Shown: piece after piece, positions 63,601-64,000 of the stretch
Layout of the letters: every line of letters begins with the position of its first letter
Numbering within the stretch: the first letter of the stretch is position 1
Translations under genes and position numbers: made by a program
The notes under the pieces: model-generated
What the model saw: the letters and a program-made list of their open reading frames with translations, nothing else
What the model was told of the DNA's origin: nothing
Databases searched by the model: none
From: Ruditapes philippinarum
Lineage: Eukaryota
DNA length: 64,000 nt
Direction: 5' to 3'
Assembly (NCBI RefSeq): GCF_026571515.1
Contig: NW_026856986.1
Coordinates: forward strand, 310,001 to 374,000

Positions 63601-64000
63601 TGTTTCATTAGAAGATCACACGCGGCTTTCCATGGAATGCCACAACCATGCCACTTTTAAGGTTCTGTGCCGTTAGAACATATTGTGCTATGCTGGTTTT
63701 CAGGTCAAATTGTTACTTTGAACAGGCGCGTTCAAGTATTAAATAATGCCGTATTTCAACATCCTTCTCCAATTAATTATAATTTCACATTAGATAATAA
63801 TATTTGCTTAAATATACTCATACCTTTGAGAATACTTGGTTTTGGGGTGGTAATTTGTTGTGTTGTCGTGGTCAATTTTGTCGTCGTCGTTGTTGGTAAA
63901 GTACTTGTACTTTGAATTGATGTAGTTGCTGTGGTTGTTGATGTCGTGCTTGTGGGTAATCTTGTGGTTGCACTTGTTGTTGCAACAGTGGTTGTTGTAG
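60635..64000 (-). CDS. Gene G (5'-partial): mucin + tandem C-type lectin protein of the same family
   Basis: Exons 63824->64000 (Thr mucin), 62927-63205 + 62492-62671 (CTLD1), micro-exons 62312-62350 and 62081-62113, 61358-61642 + 60954-61148 (CTLD2), 60635-60666 (ISTGPSIIG*). Confidence 0.85.

Overview
AT-rich, intron-rich eukaryotic DNA, most likely from a bivalve mollusc (inferred from the repeat types and protein architecture). The window is a head-to-tail tandem array of seven minus-strand genes, labelled A-G from left to right, encoding secreted modular C-type lectins. A is cut by the left edge and G by the right edge. Exon structures were rebuilt by hand from GT-AG boundaries and paralogue comparison. 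The shared C-terminal body is a Thr/Ser mucin stalk, CTLD1, linker micro-exon(s), CTLD2 and a 32-nt terminal coding exon ending in -(L/F/I)IG-stop; for A only the stalk and first half of CTLD1 are in view. Two different N-terminal heads occur. A and B carry a ~75-aa Cys-containing domain resembling bacterial SH3b. C-F carry a 12-Cys Ly6/uPAR three-finger domain plus ShKT, with or without TSP1; G's head lies outside the window. The CTLDs lack EPN/QPD, keep WDD, and have a long, often His-rich loop before the last Cys. Gene C is a multi-lesion pseudogene, D lacks the TSP1 exon in frame, and G has a chimeric exon. Introns and spacers hold a tRNA-derived SINE family, a truncated CR1-group LINE, several MITEs, a 1.25-kb foldback, Helentron-like elements and tandem repeats. 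Several homopolymer-rich stretches look like low-quality consensus, so frameshifts in B, E and F may be artefacts. Most ORF-track entries are spurious or are single exons.
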